Positions 47,999 to 57,577 of a DNA stretch of 64,000 nt are shown here, piece by piece; within the stretch, counting starts at the first letter, position 1; the number at the start of each line of letters is the position of its first letter. The notes beneath the pieces were generated by a model. The model did no database searches and was not told the DNA's origin. It saw nothing but the letters and a program-made list of their open reading frames with translations. The DNA comes from a virus. Lineage: Duplodnaviria > Caudoviricetes. The stretch covers positions 1 to 64,000 of the IMG/VR virus record IMGVR_UViG_2630968627_000001; one strand, given 5' to 3'. Both the position numbers and the translations under genes were made by a program.

Positions 47999-48630
47999 GT
48001 GACCCTCCGCCGCCGTGGGGTAATCATCCGCTGGCGGGGTCGGTCGATCTCCATTACCTCCTCTTCTCCTCGTTCGTTGGTGGTAACCATCAGGCCGGGG
48101 CGAGGCGACCCTGCCGCCAGCTCTACAACGCGGAACAGGCTATCAACCTCTTCTTTGTTGAAGTATTCGCGCTGGGTGGTCAAGGGGATGACCAGGCCCA
48201 GGGCCGCCGCCTCGCGCAGAGGGATAATGTCGAACATGCCCTGCATAGTGGAGATGTACTCCCCCAGCAGACTGCTACCGGAGACGGGCAGACGAAGCTG
48301 GATCATCTGCTGGGGTGCGCCCCGGCGCAAGCGGATCAGTACGGCAGCGTCGGCGCTTCGCATCTTGCGGCGGATACGAGTGGCCTGGATCATGATGACA
48401 GTACCCTCGGGGTGGGATACTGTCTCAGTCATGAAACCGCCGCCCAGCTTGCCGTTACTGGTGGCATCTACCCAGACCTTGCTAACGCGGTTCTTTGCAG
48501 AAGTCGCGGCCGACTGTCGGTTGAACGGTGCCTCTACTCGTACGGTAGTGAGGGTGACCGTATCGGTCCCGGCAGTCATCTTGCCGTAGGCCAGGGATAT
48601 GTCCATGTAGGGCTTTGGTGCGGTTGCCAT
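47995..48630 (-). CDS. Hypothetical protein
   Basis: AAGGAG RBS. Confidence 0.7.
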   Translation of the reverse strand: MATAPKPYMDISLAYGKMTAGTDTVTLTTVRVEAPFNRQSAATSAKNRVSKVWVDATSNGKLGGGFMTETVSHPEGTVIMIQATRIRRKMRSADAAVLIRLRRGAPQQMIQLRLPVSGSSLLGEYISTMQGMFDIIPLREAAALGLVIPLTTQREYFNKEEVDSLFRVVELAAGSPRPGLMVTTNERGEEEVMEIDRPRQRMITPRRRRVT

Positions 48631-48639
48631 GATGGCTCC

Positions 48640-50355
48640 TTAGTGAGTAGTCGAAGAGGCGCGGCGCGAGCGGATATGGCGGTCAGGGGACATGCTGACG
48701 CGGGGTGCTGGCGCGGAGATCTCCGGGGAGGATACCGGCTTGGCATTGGCGCGGGACCATTCCAGCATGGCGTTGATCTCTTCCTTGTGGGATACAGACA
48801 TGGGGATGATGTCCTCGGCCGCCGCAACCAGATGGCGCAGTTCGATGTCCTTGCAGTCGTCGTCCGTGAAAGCCAGGATGGCAGCATCTCGGATGACCTG
48901 TTCAATCTCGGACGGCAGGAACCCATCCAGCTTTGCAATCAATTGCAAAACGCCTTTCTCGCCCAGCAAGGCTGTCATGTCGCGGCCGATCTTGCTGAAG
49001 TGAACGTCCAGGATCTCGCGGCGGTCGCGGCTACCTGGCAAGTCGGTAGAGAAGATCTGGTCAATACGACCCTTGCGGGACATCTCTGGTGGCAGGCCCG
49101 CTACCGAGTTGGCCGACATGACGACAAATGCTTCCTTGTTCTCTTCCTGCATCCAGGTAAGAAACTTGCCCAGTACGCGGCGGCTGGTGCCCCCATCCAG
49201 GTTGCTGTTACTGCCGCCCAGGCCCTTGTCGATCTCGTCTACGAACAGAACGATGCGGCCCATACCGGCGACCATATCCAGCGCATCCTGCAAGCGTTGC
49301 TCGGACTCGCCTACAAACTTGCTGAAGACCTTGCCAAAGTCCAGACGGATCAGGGGGATGGCCAAGCCGCCCGCCGTGGCCTTGGATACCAGGCTCTTGC
49401 CGGTGCCGGGAGGGCCGACCAGCAGCATGCCCTTCGGTGCGCGAGCGCCAAACTCTTCAGCCGCTTCAGGGTCTGCGAACAAGGGGCGGCGATCTTCCAG
49501 CCATTTCTTTAAGGCATCCATGCCGCCCACCTCGGATAGGTCAGCCTCCTGTACCAGCGTCAGGATCTCGGACTGTTTGACGGTCTCTGTCTTGCCTTCT
49601 GCTACATGGGTGCGCAGTACCGCTTCGAGATCCGTGACGGCTGTCTCGGCGTCCGGGTCGTAGTTGTCAGCGTACTCGCCTACCCCGATGGACAGGTGGA
49701 CTTCGTACTCGGCCAGCGCCATACCTTGGCCAATGCGGGCGAGTGATCGCATCTGGTCTTCGTCCATGATCGGGAAGCGGGTGGATTCATCCTTCTGGAA
49801 CGGAGACAGGATGTCCTGGGTAGAGGATATCAGCTCGCTCAAGGAAGGCGGGTTCATGTCGATAACCGACAAGGTGCCCAAGGGCAGTTCTGTCATACGG
49901 CGCGGGCCGATGAAGACAACGCGAACCTGGCTAATGTTGGGCAGGATGGTCGCCAGTTGCTGCAAGGTTTCCTGTACCTTGGGGTCCTGCATTACCAGCA
50001 GAGGCGGGTTGATGAAAACAAAGTAGGTGGGGCCGGTACGGCTAAGAAGGTTCGCGTTGGACCCATTGCTACGCAGGGTGGTAACGATGTTGGTCAAGGT
50101 GGCGATAAACTTGGAATCCTTCTCGCCGGCAATCAGGTTGTTGTGGTAGTTGCTTGTGTTAAATTCCCGTTGGCCGTTCAGGGCGTCCCATTCCAGCAGG
50201 GATCCCTTCTCGTCAACCAGTACAGCTCGGCGCAAGGCCGTGGCCGCCCGCAGGACTTCTCGTGTACGGATATGAAACATACATACCGAACGATCAGACA
50301 GGGTCAGCAGGGTCTTAGTCAGATTGGCTTCTGACTCGGGTACTTTCGTGCTCAT
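48640..50355 (-). CDS. Ycf46-like AAA+ ATPase
   Basis: VGG...LK.WL, PKG.LLVGPPGTGKSL..KA, VGESE, LFVDEIDK, LTWMQE, LPPE..RKGR.D. Confidence 0.88.
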   Translation of the reverse strand: MSTKVPESEANLTKTLLTLSDRSVCMFHIRTREVLRAATALRRAVLVDEKGSLLEWDALNGQREFNTSNYHNNLIAGEKDSKFIATLTNIVTTLRSNGSNANLLSRTGPTYFVFINPPLLVMQDPKVQETLQQLATILPNISQVRVVFIGPRRMTELPLGTLSVIDMNPPSLSELISSTQDILSPFQKDESTRFPIMDEDQMRSLARIGQGMALAEYEVHLSIGVGEYADNYDPDAETAVTDLEAVLRTHVAEGKTETVKQSEILTLVQEADLSEVGGMDALKKWLEDRRPLFADPEAAEEFGARAPKGMLLVGPPGTGKSLVSKATAGGLAIPLIRLDFGKVFSKFVGESEQRLQDALDMVAGMGRIVLFVDEIDKGLGGSNSNLDGGTSRRVLGKFLTWMQEENKEAFVVMSANSVAGLPPEMSRKGRIDQIFSTDLPGSRDRREILDVHFSKIGRDMTALLGEKGVLQLIAKLDGFLPSEIEQVIRDAAILAFTDDDCKDIELRHLVAAAEDIIPMSVSHKEEINAMLEWSRANAKPVSSPEISAPAPRVSMSPDRHIRSRRASSTTH

Positions 50356-50472
50356 GTTGTATTTCCTTGTATAGGGGCAGGGTTATGCCCGATCTGAGAT
50401 CTACCTGTGCAATCGATTGCAAAGGGGTGAACGAAGTATACAAGGTATTCAGATTTTTGTGCTGCAAACACG

Positions 50473-50495
50473 AAAATAAACCCGCCGAAGCGGGT
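50473..50495 (-). terminator. Terminator after the lysis cassette
   Basis: ACCCGC-TTCG-GCGGGT followed by TTATTTT. Confidence 0.8.
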
Positions 50496-50512
50496 CAAGG
50501 GGGTGGAGTCTT

Positions 50513-50773
50513 CTACTGGTTGAAGTAAGCCCGTAGGCCAAGTCCTGCTACCGTAACGGCCCCCGTGGCGGCCAGACCAATCAGAACCAACAGAACCTTT
50601 TGGAGCAGGCCAGCTACAGTAGTTCGCCAGCTTCGCAGGTAGTGCATGTCTTTTTGCATCTCGGTCGGGTTGACGACATCCACCCCCAGCTTCGTCAGGA
50701 CGTCGTGCGTGGTATCCCGTGCGATGTCTTTTACCTGCTCCGGTGTCATCATTACTGTCTCCGAGGTATCCAT
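50513..50773 (-). CDS. Putative holin or small membrane protein
   Basis: C-terminal TM segment; lies in the lysis cluster. Confidence 0.5.
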   Translation of the reverse strand: MDTSETVMMTPEQVKDIARDTTHDVLTKLGVDVVNPTEMQKDMHYLRSWRTTVAGLLQKVLLVLIGLAATGAVTVAGLGLRAYFNQ

Positions 50774-50985
50774 CTACATTCCCGCATGCCAATCATGTTG
50801 TGGGCCTTGAGCTGATCTGCCGTCTCGTCGGTCAAAACATCATTGTCTACGTCAATGGTGATGGGTTTAAACAGGTGACATTCTATTGGAAGGGGCGCGG
50901 CAGGTCTACTTCCGCCCAAAGTGTTTGCGCAGCCATTCAGCACTATCGCCAGGCTTGCTACTAGCAATTTCAGTTTCAACCTCAC
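50752..50985 (-). CDS. o-spanin (Rz1-like lipoprotein)
   Basis: Lipobox LNGC after a hydrophobic signal; overlaps the i-spanin. Confidence 0.7.
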   Translation of the reverse strand: MRLKLKLLVASLAIVLNGCANTLGGSRPAAPLPIECHLFKPITIDVDNDVLTDETADQLKAHNMIGMRECRWIPRRQ

Positions 50986-51175
50986 GTCGGCTCTCCTTGG
51001 CTTGCTCCACGATGGCTTGTTCCTGTTCGCGTTGTTTCAGCTCCTTCTCCAGTTCCCGTACCTTTGCCTTGTCTCGGGCAGAGCTTGCACCCTTGAGATA
51101 GGCCGTAGCCAAAGCCATCAATGTGACGGCAATGGCTACGAGGTGGCCTTTGAACCGGGCCAGCAAGGCCATCAT
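50906..51175 (-). CDS. i-spanin (Rz-like)
   Basis: N-terminal TM plus coiled coil. Confidence 0.7.
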   Translation of the reverse strand: MMALLARFKGHLVAIAVTLMALATAYLKGASSARDKAKVRELEKELKQREQEQAIVEQAKESRREVETEIASSKPGDSAEWLRKHFGRK

Positions 51176-51903
51176 ACAGGCACGTCCTTGCGGGAGCGGT
51201 TGAACTGCGAGTAGGCGATGTACGCGGCCAGGGCGATAGTAGCCAGGCCGAACGCCATGCGGATGTAGCTACCAGACGACAGATGGGCCTCGGAGGATTC
51301 CATGGCCTTCGTGATCTCCGGCAGTACCTCTGCGATCTGTGCAGCCCCCAGGCCGCCCGCAGTACCTGCTGCTACAGTCTCGCCTGTGACGACTGGTTTG
51401 CGGCCGCCAGCGGGCTTGACGACTCCTGCAAGGCGCAGACCTTCGTCAATCGTAGCGTCGTCATACCAGGTGCTGATCGTCTTGTATGGGCCTTTGCCGT
51501 TGGTCTCGTGGCGGATGATAGCCTCAACCAGAGGTCGCAGGGTGTAGTAGTCATGCACGTTGACCTGCTCGTCGTGAGGGCCGTAGCAAACGCCGGTAGA
51601 GCAAAGGGAGCGACCGACGGAAGCGACGTAGGCATCCACGTTGTTCTCGAAGGCCGGGGCCCAACGCGAGATGATCTTGTGCAACGAGTTGATCTTGCTA
51701 CCGTCGGCAGCACGGCGCTTGTCCTGGTAGGTAATCAGGGTACGGGCCAGGGCGCGGATACCCCAGACCGGCTCACGGAATACAGCGAAGCGAACGTCCT
51801 GCTTCTTGCCCTGTGCCGGATCCACCAGGCCCTGCCATGGGTCGCCCCACTCCAGGTTGCCTGGGTTGTTGTTACGGATACCGCGTGGTCGATTGTCTTT
51901 CAT
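51172..51903 (-). CDS. Endolysin (lysozyme-like, RNNNPGN type) with hydrophobic C-terminus
   Basis: RGIRNNNPGNL, F..F.....GIRA, IISRWAP..EN...Y; upstream of the spanins. Confidence 0.75.
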   Translation of the reverse strand: MKDNRPRGIRNNNPGNLEWGDPWQGLVDPAQGKKQDVRFAVFREPVWGIRALARTLITYQDKRRAADGSKINSLHKIISRWAPAFENNVDAYVASVGRSLCSTGVCYGPHDEQVNVHDYYTLRPLVEAIIRHETNGKGPYKTISTWYDDATIDEGLRLAGVVKPAGGRKPVVTGETVAAGTAGGLGAAQIAEVLPEITKAMESSEAHLSSGSYIRMAFGLATIALAAYIAYSQFNRSRKDVPV

Positions 51904-51951
51904 TACTTTCTCCATCAAGGTGGTGCCGCCCCGAAGGGCGGGGGTGTTTGT

Positions 51952-54900
51952 TTAGCCGTTCAGAGTGAGTTCACCAACGTCCACTAACGTGGCCAATGTG
52001 CCCTTCATGACCTTGGCGTGTGCGCCGGCAATCAGTTGGATCTGCATGTTCAATACGCTCGGATGGAACGTAGTGTCGATCATAGTCCCTTCCAGCACAA
52101 TCAGGGTCTTTTCCAGCCCCAAAATTACAACAAGCTGGCCGTCAGGCTCCGTGATTACGCGGGTGCCCATGGAGCCATCCGGGGCCGTGTACGTAGCCTT
52201 GACCCGCAGCATGCTGGCTTGCAGTTCGGAGAACGAGATACCCACTTCGGCACCCAGCTCCCCGTCAATGGCCAGTACGCAACTGATACGATAGATGCGA
52301 CCTTCTGGCGGGATACCAGCCGTCCCCCATTGCATCTCGATACCGCGCTTTTCGGCTACGATCTCGCGTTCGTCGTAGTTGACGAAGGCACCGTAGGTCC
52401 GGCCCCCTTGACCCAGCTGGGGAATCTCCATGGCCTCCCCGTTGCGTACACCGTACAGCTTGCCGTCCTTGGGCGGTATGGGGATGTACGCAGGTTTCTC
52501 CGCGTCACTGACGATAAACGGACCGGCATTGGAGCCCGAGTAACCAAAGGACAGGTCCTCGAATGCGTCCACCCAGAAATACCCGTTATCGGAGTATTGC
52601 AGTACGACCCCAAAAGGAATGTTTATATGGGCACCTACCACCCGAAGAGTGAATTTGGCCACCTCTATCTTCTGATTGAACTCAACTTGCAGCCAGTGAG
52701 GCAGGGAGCCCCCGGCGGCGCTGCGCCACCGACCCTCGTTCTCGCTGTCGTAAAACGCGTTCTCCGGGTAAGTCTGGTTGTGCGACGACGACGCGGTGAC
52801 TGTCGCGTTATTGATGGACACAGGAATTAGTGTGTCCGTCTCGTCGTACATGGCGATCCGGTCCATGTAGATTATGTTCTGGGTGGTGGGGAATACCCAT
52901 CGCCAGTATTTATGTGCCCCGGCCTGCTCCCGTACGGTAAGCGGTACCTTGGTACTGATCTCTACCCGGTCGCCCAGGTCCCGCACGTTGACACCCTGTC
53001 CAGCCTCAATGATCTTGGGGTTAGGGGAGCGCACCCATTGCCCACCTTTGCGCCCGTACAGCTCGTTGTCGTTCGGGGCGTCCCCGATAAAGGCAGGAAC
53101 AGGGAACGTCTGCAATACCGCTTTCTGCGACGTGGTGGAGGCATACGTGAGGGTGATCTCCTCCCCTACGGATGTGTAGTTTGTGCCGTCGTCAGAGAAC
53201 TGGAACTCGACGCGAACAGGGCGCTCCGGGGCGTACAACTGTACTACCTGGAAAGCGGTCACCTCTTTCGGCTCGTTGAAGTTGAACCCAAGCGATACCG
53301 GCATACCCCCAGTGGATTCCCAGCCATCCCCGCCAGCTATGAAAGCTGCCATAGGCGGGCGGTCTCCCATGTTGTTGGAAGCGAAAGCAGAGCCGTCAGC
53401 AGCGGTAATAACCATCTGCTGGTCCTGGGAGTCGAACAGCCGCAAAGTACGGACAGCGGTGAGGGAGTGCCCGTTGTTGGATATGACCCGCAAGCGCCAA
53501 TATTTGTGCGCCCCTGCGCTGGCCATCTTGGTGATAGGAACTTCCGTAGATACCTGGAAGTCCTTACCTACCTGGGTGACTTTGATGCCATCACCCTGCG
53601 TCGTGTCGGGGGCCTTGGACAGAACATACTCTGCCAGCTTGGCGGCAGGCAGCTTGTTCAGGTTGATGGAATCTGGGTCAGACACGTCAAACGACATCCA
53701 CCCTCCGTCTGGCAGCTGGGCAGTACCGCCTGTCAGCAGGTCGAACGAAGCTACCACTTCCCATGTGCCGCTGGCCGTATCGCGCTTCTCTACGGTGAAT
53801 ACAGCTGGGAATTTGTCTTTAGCCACCTGGGACGAAGGGCAGTAAATGGCTACCTCGGATACCTTTACTGCCGACCCGTACTGTTGCCCAAGGATGAACG
53901 ATGCCGCCCCGGCTGTACTGGACGCGTTGGTGGCCACGTTGCCGTCGAAAGCGGAATTGCCGGACGAAGCGCCGGAGCTGGTCAGGGTACCGTTAGGGTG
54001 CTTGGCCCCGCCCGGTACTTCCCGGAACTCCACCTCGTACACGTATACCGCCCCAGTACTGCCGAGGTTATCAGCAGCGAACCCTCGTGACACATTAATG
54101 CGCCAGCCCTGTGCGGGGGTGTCTGCGGACTGAGCTACAGGCAGGAGGTCCCCGTCGGTAACTACGCCAGCCAGCGGCAAAGAAGGGACGTCCAGGCCGC
54201 CGCCCTGGGGTGCGATCTCCCAGCCGCCGTCTTTGCGGACATATGCCTTGCCATCCTCTGGGGCCTCCCCGATAAAGGCCGGGATGTCCTGGTCGGACGA
54301 TACTACCACCAACTGGGACTTGTTGGCCGCGTCGTATACCAGCTTGGCCCTTGCCACCTCGGTCCATGTTGCTCCATCATCCGAGAAAGACAAGGTGATT
54401 TCGTCGGGAGCTGCCTGGGTGTAGCTGTTCAGACGCTGGACGAAGAAGGAGCTGATCTCTACTGGGTTGCTGTCCGTGTCAACGGATACCCAACCAGGGG
54501 CGGGGACTTGGGTGGCCCACCCTACCTGCGTATCGCCATCCCGGAATAGATAGTACGCCTTGTCGGTCGTAGTCTCGCTACTGGAGGATACAGACCCCTG
54601 GGCGAAGACGATGTTCTCCCCCGCGCCATTGGCGGCTCGAATGCGATGCGCCCGGATCCTCGGACCGGCGGGATCCACAGAGGACAGAATATCCCACCGC
54701 CAGTACCGATGCTTTCCTGTGCCCCCTTTCTTGGAGATAGGCACGACAGTGGAGATAACCTTCTTGTCCCCTACTTCTGTGATCTTGATACCGTTTCCTT
54801 CCTGGATGCTATCCCCGCCTGGTCCTGGGCCGTCCCCGCCTCCAAGTACCTTTACTACCGGGACCTGGGCCTTGCCGTCGGCTGTGGTGGCATGCAGGAA

Positions 54901-55023
54901 TGGAAGATCCCCGCGAAAGCCAGCGATGTACTCGACATCCTGGACAGTAGCTTTTACTACCGGCATCTGCACGTCGCCCATTACGGCATGTACGTGAGGC
55001 AGTAGCTTCTTTTGGTCACTCAT
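51952..55023 (-). CDS. Tail fibre / adhesin with four discoidin-like repeats and foldon-like motifs
   Basis: HRYWRW, GWRI, HKYWRL, HKYWRW repeats; EAPEDGKAYVRKDGGW. Confidence 0.7.
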   Translation of the reverse strand: MSDQKKLLPHVHAVMGDVQMPVVKATVQDVEYIAGFRGDLPFLHATTADGKAQVPVVKVLGGGDGPGPGGDSIQEGNGIKITEVGDKKVISTVVPISKKGGTGKHRYWRWDILSSVDPAGPRIRAHRIRAANGAGENIVFAQGSVSSSSETTTDKAYYLFRDGDTQVGWATQVPAPGWVSVDTDSNPVEISSFFVQRLNSYTQAAPDEITLSFSDDGATWTEVARAKLVYDAANKSQLVVVSSDQDIPAFIGEAPEDGKAYVRKDGGWEIAPQGGGLDVPSLPLAGVVTDGDLLPVAQSADTPAQGWRINVSRGFAADNLGSTGAVYVYEVEFREVPGGAKHPNGTLTSSGASSGNSAFDGNVATNASSTAGAASFILGQQYGSAVKVSEVAIYCPSSQVAKDKFPAVFTVEKRDTASGTWEVVASFDLLTGGTAQLPDGGWMSFDVSDPDSINLNKLPAAKLAEYVLSKAPDTTQGDGIKVTQVGKDFQVSTEVPITKMASAGAHKYWRLRVISNNGHSLTAVRTLRLFDSQDQQMVITAADGSAFASNNMGDRPPMAAFIAGGDGWESTGGMPVSLGFNFNEPKEVTAFQVVQLYAPERPVRVEFQFSDDGTNYTSVGEEITLTYASTTSQKAVLQTFPVPAFIGDAPNDNELYGRKGGQWVRSPNPKIIEAGQGVNVRDLGDRVEISTKVPLTVREQAGAHKYWRWVFPTTQNIIYMDRIAMYDETDTLIPVSINNATVTASSSHNQTYPENAFYDSENEGRWRSAAGGSLPHWLQVEFNQKIEVAKFTLRVVGAHINIPFGVVLQYSDNGYFWVDAFEDLSFGYSGSNAGPFIVSDAEKPAYIPIPPKDGKLYGVRNGEAMEIPQLGQGGRTYGAFVNYDEREIVAEKRGIEMQWGTAGIPPEGRIYRISCVLAIDGELGAEVGISFSELQASMLRVKATYTAPDGSMGTRVITEPDGQLVVILGLEKTLIVLEGTMIDTTFHPSVLNMQIQLIAGAHAKVMKGTLATLVDVGELTLNG

Positions 55024-55075
55024 GACTATCTCCTTGTGCAATTGATTGCAATTCTACAGCCGTATGGCACACATA

Positions 55076-55096
55076 GGAAACGCCCCCGAAGGGGCG
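55076..55096 (-). terminator. Terminator-like hairpin
   Basis: CGCCCC-TTCG-GGGGCG followed by TTTCCT. Confidence 0.6.
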
Positions 55097-55121
55097 CTGT
55101 CTCCTATTAGCTAGTGAGCGG

Positions 55122-57575
55122 TCACACTCCGTCAATGTCGTAGACTATACCGCCATCGGCATCTCTGGCTACCCAGGTCTGTCGCGTAGAGGCGTTGAAG
55201 AAGTGGACTCCATCGGTGGGGCGACGGAATACCCATACCCCTCCTTTCATGGTGGCGAGCATACCGTCTTGGCCTTCCCATTCCCCGGTAGCTCCCTCTC
55301 CAACCAGGTAGTTACGGTAGAAGTTCTCTACCTTGAGGACGGGTGCCCCCACCATCTCCAGGTCAAGTTCGCCGGTAACCAGGTTGCGCAGGAACCCGCC
55401 AGACTCGTAGACGGAGTCCATGACCCATTTAGCGGCCAGCCCGTTGATGCTATCAGGATCCAGTACCCCGTCGGCAATATCCTTGTGCTCCTGGGCCGTC
55501 AGGATCCGGTTGTACACGCGCAGGTCAAAGACCTTCCCGTTCCAGTACCGCTTCTTGGGGGTGTGGCCGCTGACCCCGATATAGAAGGGGCCTTTGAACT
55601 CCTGCCAAAGGGTGCTGGTGGTCAGAGCTGTACCTGTCTGGCCCTGTACCCCATCCAAGTAGGACAGAGGGTACTTGGAATTGCCGATGCTTACCGGGGA
55701 GGAACAACCGACGGTGTACTTGCGACCCAGGACGAGATCCGACATCGTGTAGTTGTTTGTGCCGCCCCCGGACGAGACGCCGCCAGAATGGGATACATAG
55801 TTGACCAACCGCTTGGCCCCGGCAGTCTCTCCTGCCCCGACTCGGAACTGGTAATGACCTCCCTCGGAGCTAAACAGCATAGGCTTCTTCTCGGTGTCCC
55901 CGACGCTGTCGAAGCTATCCAGGGCTACCGTGGCCACGATAGAAACAGACGCGGACGTCTCCGGTACGCCAGGGATAGACTCCACCTTCATGTACTGGGT
56001 GGCCCCATCCAGCAGGGCGTACCGCTGGGCGGAGGTGGACGAAGGTGGCTCAGTGAGCTGCCCCCCGATGACGTAGAAGTCTCGGTCCAGCTCTTCCGTG
56101 TACACCGAGTCCAGATCTTTCCAGGCCCCGCCCTGGAGCACGTAAGGTCGGTTGTTGCGAGGAGCATCCACAGGAGACCCAAGCACTAGCTCTACCGTCC
56201 CGGAGTCAGAGGCGGTGGGGGCTTCGGCGTGTACGAAGCGACGGTCGGTGGCGCTGATAAAGCTGGCCCCAGGAGACAAGGGGGTGAAGCTCCACCCCCC
56301 GTCCTTACTCTCGGCCAAAGTCTTGGCGTGGCCAGACCAATCCCCAGTAGGGGCCGGACCTACCAGCCACGCCTCGTAGGGAGTGGTTTCACGGAGGGAA
56401 GGGGAACCGACGATAGTGGCGTCGTTGACCCCTACGATCTTGCTCTTGATGGTGTTGCCTATCGCGTCTTGTGCGGAATACCATGCGCGACAACCAGGCT
56501 GGGAGTCCGGTGCGATCTCGCCTCGCAAGATACGCTCCTGTACGTCCCGTGCCAGGCGGCGGTCGTAGATGACGACGTCAAGGAACAGCAGGTAACCGCC
56601 TTTCTGGTTACTGAAGCCGGTATCCGCTGTGGGTACGCCGGAGACCAGACGAGACCCGATGGCCAGGCCCCCGGCAAAGGCAGGACGGCCAGCTTCCGGG
56701 GTGTTCCATTTCTTGCTCTGTACCGCCGTCTCCCGTACGTACCCATCAGTCTGCTGGCGGTACGAAAACAGGGTGAAGGACTTGTTGCCATCGGTGTGGC
56801 TGTTGGACTGGCAAGAGAAGCCCATCCAGTCTCGACCCTCTCGGTCAACCAAGATCCCCCAGTTACTGTCCTTCTTGGTCGAATCGGGCACGCCCTCGGA
56901 AGTGAACTTGGAGATACCCGACCCGAAGGCTACAGGAGCGCCAAGCTCACGGTAGGTGTTCCATGTGGTCTGGCCCTCCCCCATCGACATGACCGGGTAG
57001 TAGGTGCCGAAGCCGGTATCCTCCGGTGCGCTTCCGGGGGTGATGTCTCGGGAGCGGAGCAAGATGGTCCAGTCCCCGGTGCCGAACAGCGCAAGCTCAG
57101 GGATAAGAATGTGCTTGCTCTGGTCGTCAAGGACAATGCCAGTAGAGGGCGTGGTGCTCTGCGGGGTGTTGGTGATACCCCCTACGACCTTGAGATCGGA
57201 AGAGGAGTACCCGCCGTCCCCGCCTGGCTCGGCTTCCCACGCATCCCCGTTGAACCACCAGAAAGGGTTGCTGGACCAGCGGGCCGCGATACGAAGGCCA
57301 CGCTTGGGAGGAACGAAGATCCACGCCCCTTCTACCCAGGCGGCCAGATGGTTAACCTTATCGGCCCAGGCGTTCTTGGCTCCGGCCCCAACAAGGAACA
57401 TGTCCCCTTGTGTGGGGGTGTACCCTACCGGGGGCTCGTCGTGCGTGTCTATGACGTCGGGGGCGGCTACCGAGTCCAACCGGAGGAGGTTGGCATTCAT
57501 ATCCTCGTTCCAGTTCAGTTCGCCCGCATCCCATCCATACGCCAGGCCGATACCTGGACCAATCTTCTTAGCCAT
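55122..57575 (-). CDS. DUF2793-like tail fibre with two LamG-like domains
   Basis: GW..GE..W...MN.NL..LD start; LVG..A...W....LA....G.W.F..P repeats; DLRVYNR.LT. Confidence 0.72.
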   Translation of the reverse strand: MAKKIGPGIGLAYGWDAGELNWNEDMNANLLRLDSVAAPDVIDTHDEPPVGYTPTQGDMFLVGAGAKNAWADKVNHLAAWVEGAWIFVPPKRGLRIAARWSSNPFWWFNGDAWEAEPGGDGGYSSSDLKVVGGITNTPQSTTPSTGIVLDDQSKHILIPELALFGTGDWTILLRSRDITPGSAPEDTGFGTYYPVMSMGEGQTTWNTYRELGAPVAFGSGISKFTSEGVPDSTKKDSNWGILVDREGRDWMGFSCQSNSHTDGNKSFTLFSYRQQTDGYVRETAVQSKKWNTPEAGRPAFAGGLAIGSRLVSGVPTADTGFSNQKGGYLLFLDVVIYDRRLARDVQERILRGEIAPDSQPGCRAWYSAQDAIGNTIKSKIVGVNDATIVGSPSLRETTPYEAWLVGPAPTGDWSGHAKTLAESKDGGWSFTPLSPGASFISATDRRFVHAEAPTASDSGTVELVLGSPVDAPRNNRPYVLQGGAWKDLDSVYTEELDRDFYVIGGQLTEPPSSTSAQRYALLDGATQYMKVESIPGVPETSASVSIVATVALDSFDSVGDTEKKPMLFSSEGGHYQFRVGAGETAGAKRLVNYVSHSGGVSSGGGTNNYTMSDLVLGRKYTVGCSSPVSIGNSKYPLSYLDGVQGQTGTALTTSTLWQEFKGPFYIGVSGHTPKKRYWNGKVFDLRVYNRILTAQEHKDIADGVLDPDSINGLAAKWVMDSVYESGGFLRNLVTGELDLEMVGAPVLKVENFYRNYLVGEGATGEWEGQDGMLATMKGGVWVFRRPTDGVHFFNASTRQTWVARDADGGIVYDIDGV

Positions 57576-57577
57576 GT

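Noticed and set aside
51926-51944. Terminator upstream of the endolysin
   Set aside because: Good TTCG hairpin but no U tract on the coding strand; may be a stabilising or processing stem
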